Part shown: piece by piece, positions 48,861-56,532 of the stretch
Layout: every line of letters begins with the position of its first letter
How positions within the stretch are numbered: position 1 is the stretch's first letter
Assembly (NCBI GenBank): GCA_041666305.1
Contig: JBAYHD010000001.1
Location: 91,574-155,573, forward strand
Direction of reading: 5' to 3'
DNA from: Minisyncoccota bacterium
GTDB taxonomy: Bacteria > Patescibacteriota > Minisyncoccia > Phycocordibacterales > Phycocordibacteraceae
Length of the DNA stretch: 64,000 nt
Notes under the pieces: model-generated
Seen by the model: the letters and a program-made list of their open reading frames with translations, nothing else
Database searches by the model: none
Told to the model about the DNA's origin: nothing
Position numbers and translations under genes: made by a program

Positions 48861-49239
48861 AAATGCAGACAGTTCTAACGGGGCAAGTAAGCCCCGCATA
48901 ACAATAGATGAATTTTCAAAAATCGAAATAAAAGTCGGCACGGTCCGAAGCGCCGAGCGTGTGCCGGAGACCGATAAACTGCTTCGCCTCATGGTGGACT
49001 TTGGAGAAGTTTCTCCCGAGGGAGAGAAGACCCCGCGCCAGATCATTTCCGGCATCGCTGCATACGTTCCGGAACCCGAGACGCTTGTCGGTCGCCAGCT
49101 CGCATTCGTCACGAATCTTGAGCCGCGCATGATACGCGGGTTTGAAAGCAATGGAATGCTATTTGCAGTCGGCTCTGATGAAACGTTCGCATTTCTCACT
49201 CCCGATAGGGAAGTTCCACCCGGCACGAGTGCACATTGA
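48847..49239 (+). CDS. tRNA-binding OB-fold protein (Trbp111/CsaA/MetG C-terminal)
   Basis: I..F.KIEIKVG.V, DKLL.L.VD.G, RQIISGI, NL.PR...G.ES.GML. Confidence 0.9.
   Translation: MDPIRNADSSNGASKPRITIDEFSKIEIKVGTVRSAERVPETDKLLRLMVDFGEVSPEGEKTPRQIISGIAAYVPEPETLVGRQLAFVTNLEPRMIRGFESNGMLFAVGSDETFAFLTPDREVPPGTSAH
48851..48884 (+). repeat. palindromic element family A, in frame in N-terminus of the tRNA-binding protein
   Basis: ACCCCATTAGAAA tgcagacag TTCTAACGGGGC. Confidence 0.75.
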
Positions 49240-49249
49240 ACTAGCTCGT

Positions 49250-49315
49250 TAGGCCCCAGGCACTTGGCATTAGCTTAATGCAACGCGAGCCCTAGGGTCT
49301 AGCGCCTGGAGCCTG
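49250..49315. repeat. heptamer inverted repeat array, copy 4 (degenerate)
   Basis: taggccccaggcacttggcattag ... gagccctagggtctagcgcctggagcctg. Confidence 0.6.
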
Positions 49316-49327
49316 TATTATGAATGC

Positions 49328-50425
49328 ATGTCATCTGTTTTCGGTGAACGCTTGCGTGCTGCTTTCGCGCCGCCGCGCTATCTGGCGCCCACACTTTCCG
49401 GCATTGATATTTCTACGAGCGGGGTCAAGGTAGCTCGTCTTACGGAAGGCCCTCACGGACTCACACTCGCGCACTATGCGCAGGTGCGGTTGCCACTCGG
49501 CGTATTCACTGACGGTGAGATAATCGATCGCAAAGCCATAACTGAGGCGATCACGGCCGCCGCAAAGGCCGCCGGCATTTCATCGGCAAATGTCTCACTG
49601 TCGGAATCCAAGGCGTATCTTTTTGAAACCACGGCGCCGGGCATCCTTAAGGCCGATTGGCGCATTGCCATCGAGCAGCACCTCGATGAATTGGTGCCGC
49701 TGCCGCCGCAGGAGACCGTCTTCGACATCATCGGCGTAGGAAAAACGGAAACAGGCGACGAATCCATCGTCGGTATCGGTTTTGCGCGGCGCATGGTGGA
49801 CGAAACACTCATGGTTTTCGATCAGGCGGGGATACCGGTGCGCGCGCTCGAAGAAGAAACTTTCGCGATGGTGCGCGCGCTTCTGCCGGCAGGGGACAAC
49901 TCCACAACACTCATCATCGATGTCGGGAAAACGACGACGAAAATGGCCATCGTCACCAACCGCATACCGCACTTTGCAACAACGATAGGCATCGGTGGAC
50001 ACGCACTTACGCTCGCCGTGCAGAAACACTTCGGCGTGACGGAAGCCGAAGCGCGCAAGGTAAAAGCGGAACGTGGCATTGTTCCCGCTCCGGGGAATGA
50101 AGACTATCTTGCCGCGATGCTCTCGACCGTTTCCGCAATACGCGATGAGATTTCCCGTCGTCTCAGTTATTGGCAGGAAAAAGCAACGGAGAAAGGTCCC
50201 CATTTTCCAGTGACGCGCGCTGTTCTGGCTGGCGGTAACGCATCGTTGCGAGGGCTTCCGGAATATCTCGAAGGAGCGCTGCAAATACCAGTGACTGCCG
50301 GCGAGGTGTTTACGAATCTTGCGTCGCGCGATACGTGGATACCGACGCTCGATTACACGGAATCACTCGCATATGCAACGGCGGTCGGCCTCGCGCTTCG
50401 CGAACATGTCCCCTCCCATGGATAA
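49328..50425 (+). CDS. pilM: type IV pilus assembly protein PilM
   Basis: GIDIS..GVK, IIDVG..TT, GG..LT, LAGG.A.L.GL, A.AVGLALR (actin-like fold). Confidence 0.9.
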   Translation: MSSVFGERLRAAFAPPRYLAPTLSGIDISTSGVKVARLTEGPHGLTLAHYAQVRLPLGVFTDGEIIDRKAITEAITAAAKAAGISSANVSLSESKAYLFETTAPGILKADWRIAIEQHLDELVPLPPQETVFDIIGVGKTETGDESIVGIGFARRMVDETLMVFDQAGIPVRALEEETFAMVRALLPAGDNSTTLIIDVGKTTTKMAIVTNRIPHFATTIGIGGHALTLAVQKHFGVTEAEARKVKAERGIVPAPGNEDYLAAMLSTVSAIRDEISRRLSYWQEKATEKGPHFPVTRAVLAGGNASLRGLPEYLEGALQIPVTAGEVFTNLASRDTWIPTLDYTESLAYATAVGLALREHVPSHG

Positions 50426-50972
50426 CGAACTGACCAATTTGCTTCCTCCGGAACGGCAGAGTGCACTGTCGCGGGAATATCTGTTGCGCCTCGGCGTGGT
50501 AGTTGCGGTGATGATAACCGCTCTCACATTCGCCGCCGCTCTTTTGCTGGTGCCGACATATATTTTTCTCAACCAGAGCGCTTCTGCAAAGGCGACCCGT
50601 CTTGCGAGCATAGAATCCACTCTTTCTTCATCAGAAGAAAAAACGCTTTCTGAGCAACTCGCAACACTTGCGCGCGACGCGGCGGCTTTAGTTGCGCTCG
50701 GCGATATTCCTTCCGCTAGCGGGATACTGCGCACCGCGCTCGCCGTTCCGCACCCCGGAATCGCGCTGTCCGGTTTGGCATATACCCCTGCGGAGGCAAA
50801 GGTTCCGGGAACGCTCGCCATAACGGGAATCGCGGCAACGCGTGATGCCCTACGCACCTACCAGCTCGCCGTGCAAAGCGCCCCGTTTGCTGCGGAGGCG
50901 AATCTTCCGGTTTCGGCGTACGCAAAAGATGCCAATATCACCTTCACGATCACCGTGACTCTTGCGCCATGA
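50418..50972 (+). CDS. pilN: PilN-like protein
   Basis: NLLP motif, TM helix, I.G.A..R..L; follows pilM. Confidence 0.78.
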   Translation: MDNELTNLLPPERQSALSREYLLRLGVVVAVMITALTFAAALLLVPTYIFLNQSASAKATRLASIESTLSSSEEKTLSEQLATLARDAAALVALGDIPSASGILRTALAVPHPGIALSGLAYTPAEAKVPGTLAITGIAATRDALRTYQLAVQSAPFAAEANLPVSAYAKDANITFTITVTLAP

Positions 50973-51550
50973 AATCTCCTTTTTCACACATTATGATCGC
51001 CGTTGCCGTGTGCATTGCCGCCATAGCCGGTTACGGTATGTGGTATGCCGCTATTTCTGCAAAGAGTGCGTCCGTTGCGGCTCTTCAAAATCAGATCGAT
51101 ACAAAGACCGAGACGGTAAATCGCATCGCGGCCGCGCGTGCTACGCTCGCAAACGTCGCGAGCGACGAATCGGTCGTACAAAATTATTTTGTGCCGGAAG
51201 CGGGCGTCGTTTCTTTCATCGATGCGCTCGAGACGAGCGGGAAGACGCTTGGATCCACGGTGAGCGTTCAGTCGGTCGGAACGAGCGGCACGCCCGCGAA
51301 ACCTTCGCTTGAGCTCGCACTCTCGGTTAAGGGAACATTCGATGCGGTAATGCGAACGGTTGGATCCATCGAATATGCTCCCTATGACCTTTCTATTTCA
51401 TCACTCACGATAACGCAGGATGACAAGAACATCTGGCACGCTGATCTTAAGATTGTTGTCGGTTCGGTACCGGTGGCAAAGTCGTCATCAGTCGCGCCGA
51501 TACCGTCAACCGCATTCGCTCCTTCAATTTCCAGCCATGAATACTTTTAA
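50969..51550 (+). CDS. pilO: PilO-like protein
   Basis: TM helix + coiled coil, V.GTF..V......IE. Confidence 0.72.
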   Translation: MKSPFSHIMIAVAVCIAAIAGYGMWYAAISAKSASVAALQNQIDTKTETVNRIAAARATLANVASDESVVQNYFVPEAGVVSFIDALETSGKTLGSTVSVQSVGTSGTPAKPSLELALSVKGTFDAVMRTVGSIEYAPYDLSISSLTITQDDKNIWHADLKIVVGSVPVAKSSSVAPIPSTAFAPSISSHEYF

Positions 51551-51845
51551 TTCCATCGGTTCTTTTTTTAAGAGAATGCGCTCCGGCGCGAGCGTAGATC
51601 CGATACGCGACTGGCTCATGTTATTTACTTTCGCACTTATCGCATTCGCAGGCATTGTTGTTTGGAATGTGTGGGCATTCGATACGGTCGCAGGCGGCGG
51701 AACTATCGGCGCGCCAACGATCAAGGCACCGCCGGCTTTCAATCCGGCCGCGCTGGACACCATCCGCACCATCTTTGCGAATCGCGCCGCCGAGGAAGCG
51801 AAGTACATGACCGGTGTCTACTCATTCACTGACCCTTCGCTTTGA
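51537..51845 (+). CDS. small membrane protein (PilP position)
   Basis: RDW + TM helix, C-terminal DPS; fourth gene of pilMNO operon. Confidence 0.65.
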   Translation: MNTFNSIGSFFKRMRSGASVDPIRDWLMLFTFALIAFAGIVVWNVWAFDTVAGGGTIGAPTIKAPPAFNPAALDTIRTIFANRAAEEAKYMTGVYSFTDPSL

Positions 51846-51957
51846 TGCTGAAATAGGTTAGATTTTCCATACGCCCCCATATCTTCTCAGACTCGATATG
51901 AGGGCTCGTTCGGAGAGAAAGAATGAGTGAAGACACTCCTTCTTTCTTCCTCTCTTC

Positions 51958-52029
51958 GCCCCCATAGCTTAATGGATAAAGTAGCGGACTTCTAAGCCGT
52001 TGATGTTGGTCCGATTCCAGCTGGGGGCA
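51958..52029 (+). tRNA. tRNA-Arg(TCT)
   Basis: GCCCCCA/TGGGGGC acceptor, loop CTTCTAA, T-loop variant TCCGATT. Confidence 0.88.
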
Positions 52030-52030
52030 C

Positions 52031-52112
52031 GGGCATGTGGCGGAATTGGTATACGCGCACGTCTCAGAAGCGTGTCCCGCAAGGGTTGAGGGTTCGAGTC
52101 CCTCCATGCCCA
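52031..52112 (+). tRNA. tRNA-Leu(CAG)
   Basis: GGGCATG/CATGCCC acceptor, loop CTCAGAA, variable arm. Confidence 0.94.
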
Positions 52113-52113
52113 C

Positions 52114-52186
52114 GGGCGATTAGCTCAGTTGGTAGAGCAACTTGCTTACACCAAGAAGGTCGCAGGTTCGAGTCCTGCATCGCCCA
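52114..52186 (+). tRNA. tRNA-Val(TAC)
   Basis: GGGCGAT/ATCGCCC acceptor, loop CTTACAC, GGTTCGAGTCC. Confidence 0.94.
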
Positions 52187-52227
52187 CAAAATGAAATTGA
52201 AACAAAAAGCGTGTTATATAGGTTGAT

Positions 52228-52929
52228 ATGAGTATGAACGAAGCTTCTGCGGCGCCGGCGTGCATCGGCATCATCATGGACGGTAATCGCCGTTGGGCGA
52301 AGTCGAAGGGCTTGCCGGCATTTGAAGGTCATCGAGCTGGCAGTAAGACGCTTAAAGAAGCGGTCAGATGGGCCAAAGACGCAGGGGTGAGGCACGTCAT
52401 TTTTTATACTTTCTCCACCGAAAATTGGAATCGCCCGGAAGAAGAAGTGTCCTACCTTCTCAATTTGATCACCGAGTTCATAGAAAAAGAATTGGATTAT
52501 TTCAATACTGAAGGCGGTGTGTTGCATTACGTCGGCGACCTTTCAAAATTTTCTGCTGACCTCCAGAAGATTTTTAAAAAGTCCGAGGACATGACCGCCA
52601 ATAATCCCGGCCCCCACGTCTACTTTGCTCTGAACTATGGCGGGCGTCAGGAGATCCTATCCGCGGTTCGTTCCATTGTTTCTGAAAAACCGCGCAGTGA
52701 AGATATCACTGACGCGTATTTCGCCGAACATCTACAGACCGGAGCAATGCCGGACCCAGACATCATCATCCGCACGTCCGGCGAAATGCGTTTGTCCGGA
52801 TTTTTGCCTTGGCAATCGGTCTACAGCGAACTCTTTTTCACCAAAACATTGTGGCCCGACTTCTCAAAAGAAGAATTCGATTCAATTCTTGCCGAATTTG
52901 CGGAGCGCGAGCGCCGGCACGGGAAATAA
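52228..52929 (+). CDS. uppS: undecaprenyl diphosphate synthase
   Basis: IMDGNRRWA, FSTENWNRP, NYGGR, RTSGE.RLSGF. Confidence 0.97.
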   Translation: MSMNEASAAPACIGIIMDGNRRWAKSKGLPAFEGHRAGSKTLKEAVRWAKDAGVRHVIFYTFSTENWNRPEEEVSYLLNLITEFIEKELDYFNTEGGVLHYVGDLSKFSADLQKIFKKSEDMTANNPGPHVYFALNYGGRQEILSAVRSIVSEKPRSEDITDAYFAEHLQTGAMPDPDIIIRTSGEMRLSGFLPWQSVYSELFFTKTLWPDFSKEEFDSILAEFAERERRHGK

Positions 52930-52951
52930 TCGAAAGTGCTACTGTGAAGTG

Positions 52952-53635
52952 ATGGAATTGCCCATACTCTACGAAGACACAGATGTCGTTGCGGTCGCGA
53001 AGCCCGCAGGGCTTATCACCCATTCCGATGGGCGGACAAAGGAAGAAACCGCGGAAGATTGGTTCAAGAAAAAATATCAAGGCCTCGCCTTGCTAGAGCG
53101 ACCATATGTGCATCGACTCGACCGCGATACGTCCGGTGTGCTCGTTTTTGCAAAGAACGCGGCAGCGTACGAATTTTTGCGCAAAGCATTTCATGATCAC
53201 GAAGTGAAGAAGACGTATCTTGCATTCACCTACGGCGCACCGAAAGAGAAGGAAGGTGTTATCGATTTCGACATCGGACGTTCACGCCAAGACTTCCGTT
53301 TGCGGAGCGCCCAACCGAAAGCAAAAGGGCGTTTGCGTGAAGCGCTTACGCGCTATGAGGTAGTGGGGGAGTACGGGGAGTTCGCACTCATGAAGATGAG
53401 CCCCGAGACCGGCAGGACCCATCAATTGCGCGTGCACCTGAAGGCCATTCATCACCCTATCATTTGCGATCCGCTCTACGCGCCAAACCACAAGCCCGCT
53501 CTTGGCATTACGCGGCTCGGCCTGCATGCCTATATGCTCGACTTGCCGCTCCCGAAAGGTGGCCGCATGCTCATCCAGGCCCCCATTCCGGAAGACCTCG
53601 CTGCCGCCTACGCCCATTTCCCGGATGCGCCCTGA
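52952..53635 (+). CDS. RluA/RluD family pseudouridine synthase
   Basis: KPAG, VHRLDRDTSG, TGRTHQLRVHL, LHA. Confidence 0.95.
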   Translation: MELPILYEDTDVVAVAKPAGLITHSDGRTKEETAEDWFKKKYQGLALLERPYVHRLDRDTSGVLVFAKNAAAYEFLRKAFHDHEVKKTYLAFTYGAPKEKEGVIDFDIGRSRQDFRLRSAQPKAKGRLREALTRYEVVGEYGEFALMKMSPETGRTHQLRVHLKAIHHPIICDPLYAPNHKPALGITRLGLHAYMLDLPLPKGGRMLIQAPIPEDLAAAYAHFPDAP

Positions 53636-53641
53636 AAATTT

Positions 53642-53710
53642 CCCCGTAGTAGAATTTCGGTTCATCGGAAACGACGTGCCTATGGCACAAACCGAAATTT
53701 CACTACGGGG
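53642..53710. repeat. palindromic element family B, long copy with internal hairpin
   Basis: CCCCGTAGTAGAATTTCGGTT...GTGCC-TAT-GGCAC...AACCGAAATTTCACTACGGGG. Confidence 0.7.
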
Positions 53711-53749
53711 TTTGCTCTCTCGTAAAGTGCGTGCTACAGTCGCTCTCAC

Positions 53750-54235
53750 ATGAAGCGGGTGATAACTCCGGTCAATATCGAAGGGCGCGCGAATCTTGGT
53801 ATTCGCGCGGGTGATACCGTGCGCGTGATTCAGAACATCGTGGAACTCAAGAAGGGTAAAGGAAACGACAAGAAGGAAAAGACGGTCAAAAATGCCCGCA
53901 AACAGACTTTCGAGGGGCTGGTGATTTCCACCAAACACGGTGCCGAAGCAGGAGGGATGTTCACCGTGCGCGCGACACTTTCGGGCGTCGGTGTGGAAAA
54001 GACCTTCCCGCTCTATTCGCCGGTCATCGATTCCATTGAGATAGTGAAGCGTTCAAAAGTTCGCCGCGCGAAGCTCTACTTCATTCGCGAGAAGGCGGCA
54101 AAGGCGGTCCGCCGCCAGCTCCGCAATGCGCGCATGATGCATATGAAGAGCGATGAGACGATTGTGTCCGAAGAAGTTCCGGAAGCTGAAATCGAGACGC
54201 CGGTTACCGAAGAGAAAGTAGAAGTCGCGGCATAA
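53750..54235 (+). CDS. rplS: 50S ribosomal protein L19
   Basis: GDTVRV, Q.FEG.VI, FTVR, GVE..FP.YSP, KVRRAKLY. Confidence 0.96.
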   Translation: MKRVITPVNIEGRANLGIRAGDTVRVIQNIVELKKGKGNDKKEKTVKNARKQTFEGLVISTKHGAEAGGMFTVRATLSGVGVEKTFPLYSPVIDSIEIVKRSKVRRAKLYFIREKAAKAVRRQLRNARMMHMKSDETIVSEEVPEAEIETPVTEEKVEVAA

Positions 54236-54253
54236 ATTTTCAATAGCCAGAAC

Positions 54254-54286
54254 AGAAAATCCGAGTTACCCACTCGGATTTTCTTT
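54254..54286 (+). terminator. rplS terminator
   Basis: AGAAAATCCGAGT...ACTCGGATTTTCT. Confidence 0.8.
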
Positions 54287-54293
54287 ATCCACA
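54285..54293 (+). promoter_or_regulatory. perfect DnaA box TTATCCACA
   Basis: About 43 nt upstream of the LAGLIDADG start at 54336. Confidence 0.55.
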
Positions 54294-54335
54294 ATTGGTA
54301 GACGCTATATACTTGAGATCTAGTATTATAGAAAG

Positions 54336-55016
54336 ATGAACAGACTCGGAATGAGAGGACCTAAACCAAAAGGGAAAGTGAAGATTCGATGGTCTCCTAA
54401 ATTCGCGTACGCAATCGGATTACTGGTTTCTGACGGAAATCTGTCTCCTGACGGCAGACATATTATTTTTACGTCCAAGGATCTGGAATTGATAGAACTG
54501 TTTCAAAAATCGCTGAGCATAAAGATACATATTGGCAAAAAGGCCAGGGGGTTGTCACCAAAAGATAAGTCGTATTACGTAGCCCAATTCAGTGATGTCC
54601 TTTTTTATCAGTTTCTTATGGACATCGGTTTGATGCCGAATAAATCCAAGGTTATAGGAGAGGTAAAAATTCCAGCCAAATATTTTTTTGACTTTCTTCG
54701 TGGATCTTTTGATGGAGACGGCTGTACCTATTCGTATTTCGACCCGCGCTGGCGTTCAAGCTACATGTTCTATACCTGTTTTGTATCGGCAAGTCCTGCA
54801 CACATAATTTGGTTGAGAGAGGAAATACACAGAAGGATTCATATTAAAGGGCATATACATATGAGTAACAAACGCTCTTTTAATCAACTTAAATATGCGA
54901 AAGCGGACTCATTAAAATTGCTTCGAGCGGTGTATTACTCACGGAATGTTTTATCGCTCACTAGAAAAAGATTGAAAATAATGAAGATGTTAGCTACAGT
55001 GGGTGAGAAGCTCTAA
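54336..55016 (+). CDS. double-motif LAGLIDADG endonuclease-like protein
   Basis: YAIGLLVSDG and FLRGSFDGDG motifs; ends 10 nt before tRNA-Leu(GAG). Confidence 0.9.
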   Translation: MNRLGMRGPKPKGKVKIRWSPKFAYAIGLLVSDGNLSPDGRHIIFTSKDLELIELFQKSLSIKIHIGKKARGLSPKDKSYYVAQFSDVLFYQFLMDIGLMPNKSKVIGEVKIPAKYFFDFLRGSFDGDGCTYSYFDPRWRSSYMFYTCFVSASPAHIIWLREEIHRRIHIKGHIHMSNKRSFNQLKYAKADSLKLLRAVYYSRNVLSLTRKRLKIMKMLATVGEKL

Positions 55017-55026
55017 AGCTTCAAAT

Positions 55027-55110
55027 GCCCGGGTGGCGCAATTGGTACCCGCGCAGCCTTGAGGTGGCTGTGGCCGTAAGGCCGTGGAGGTTCAAGTCCT
55101 CTCCCGGGCA
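55027..55110 (+). tRNA. tRNA-Leu(GAG)
   Basis: GCCCGGG/CCCGGGC acceptor, loop TTGAGGT, variable arm GGCC-GTAA-GGCC. Confidence 0.93.
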
Positions 55111-55304
55111 CAAAAGACACAAAACGCGCACTGCTGCGCGTTTTGAGCTTTTGTGCCTGGCGCAGCGATGTTTTGCGAGCACGCAAAACCGCGAGCCGGG
55201 GTAGCGGAAATCCGATTGCGACGGCAATCGGATTATCCGTGACCACAAAAGACACAACGCCGAACGAGCAAATTATTCCTGACCAAGCCTCTCCTGGGCA
55301 CAAA
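55111..55304 (+). mobile_element. structured ~190-bp element bounded by a duplicated tRNA-Leu 3' end
   Basis: CAAGTCCTCTCCCGGGCACAAA (55093) repeated as CAAG-CCTCTCCTGGGCACAAA (55284); three internal hairpins. Confidence 0.55.
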
Positions 55305-55374
55305 TTTGATTTCAGTATTGATGTCGTGCTAGCATCGCCGGTAGCTGTACAACCACAACAACGGAGGAATAAGA

Positions 55375-55611
55375 ATGTGTCATCAGAGTTTGGCGGCAAG
55401 AGGCATCAAGGCAATCCGTTTCGTAAAGAAGGAAGAAACAACGAAGTCGATAACACCGTGGCGCGACAAAGAGGCGATTGCGAAAAAGAAAGCAAATCGA
55501 CTCAAAGAGTCGCGACGGCGTGAAGCCAAAGAAAGCCGCGAACGGCGCAAGCAAGCCAAGACGGAAAAAACAGGGATGAAGAATTTACGCCACCAAGGGC
55601 TGATACACTGA
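55375..55611 (+). CDS. orphan small basic (Lys/Arg-rich) protein (SD-led)
   Basis: GGAGG upstream, terminator 55627-55654. Confidence 0.65.
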   Translation: MCHQSLAARGIKAIRFVKKEETTKSITPWRDKEAIAKKKANRLKESRRREAKESRERRKQAKTEKTGMKNLRHQGLIH

Positions 55612-55626
55612 TCAGCCGAAAAAGGA

Positions 55627-55654
55627 AAAGCCCGGACGCATGCGCCGGGCTTTT
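55627..55654. terminator. bidirectional terminator
   Basis: AAAAGCCCGG...CCGGGCTTTTT. Confidence 0.85.
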
Positions 55655-55667
55655 TGTTTGGCCACAG

Positions 55668-55856
55668 TTACCGGGGGCGAAGTCCGAAGACCGTATCCCA
55701 ATTAATGTCGAAGCAAAGGGCGACGAGGGCGACGAGGACAATGCCGATAAGTACCACGTCGTTCCGACTGATGTTGACGTGTATTACCAACTGTCCGATC
55801 TCCTCATCCCACCAGCTTTTGTGATAGGGATTCTTCTTCCAGTCAATGAACAGCAT
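55668..55856 (-). CDS. orphan small membrane protein (SD-led)
   Basis: One TM helix; GAGGA upstream; TTGACT-N17-TATTAT promoter. Confidence 0.6.
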   Translation of the reverse strand: MLFIDWKKNPYHKSWWDEEIGQLVIHVNISRNDVVLIGIVLVALVALCFDINWDTVFGLRPR

Positions 55857-55950
55857 AAAGAATTCCTCTTCTGTTGTTTATACCCTTCTATAATAGCACT
55901 ATTGCTATAAAAAGTCAATAGCTCCAAAATGGCCTGTATACTGGGGATAT

Positions 55951-56487
55951 ATGGCTCTTTACACAGGCAAGGGAGATACAGGGACCACAACAGCATTCGG
56001 TTGTAATCAGCAACGGATATCCAAATCGTCCGAACTGCCGGAAGCGCTCGGCGCGCTTGATGAGCTCAATGCGTATGTGGGATTCGTGAAGATGCGCGCG
56101 AGTACGGAACCGCGCATCATGGATACTTTGCGCGACGTGCAAGAGACGCTGTTCATCATTCAAGCGGAAGTCGCAGGCGCGGATAAAAAAGTGGGGGAGG
56201 ATGCGGTAAAAAATATTGAGAACATAGTGAATGATATCGAAAAAGAGATTCCTCACCTCAAAGGATTCTCAATCGCGGGCGGAACGGAACTCTCCGCCTT
56301 GCTGGACGTCGCGCGGACGCTCGCACGGCGTGCCGAACGCCGTGTAATTGCGGTCAAAGAATTGCATTTGCGTGAACTCTCATCCGAAACAATGGCATAT
56401 CTGAATCGTCTCTCCTCCCTCCTCTTTGCTCTCGCACGTTTCGCGAATCATCTCGCGGGCGTCGCGGAGGAAACTCCACGATATTAG
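55951..56487 (+). CDS. ATP:cob(I)alamin adenosyltransferase (PduO type)
   Basis: YTGKGD.GTT, G.LDELN, ARTLARRAER, YLNRLSSLLF. Confidence 0.93.
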   Translation: MALYTGKGDTGTTTAFGCNQQRISKSSELPEALGALDELNAYVGFVKMRASTEPRIMDTLRDVQETLFIIQAEVAGADKKVGEDAVKNIENIVNDIEKEIPHLKGFSIAGGTELSALLDVARTLARRAERRVIAVKELHLRELSSETMAYLNRLSSLLFALARFANHLAGVAEETPRY

Positions 56488-56532
56488 GGCGCATTTTCGG
56501 TTTTCGTGTTATAAAAAATCTGTGCGAAACAT

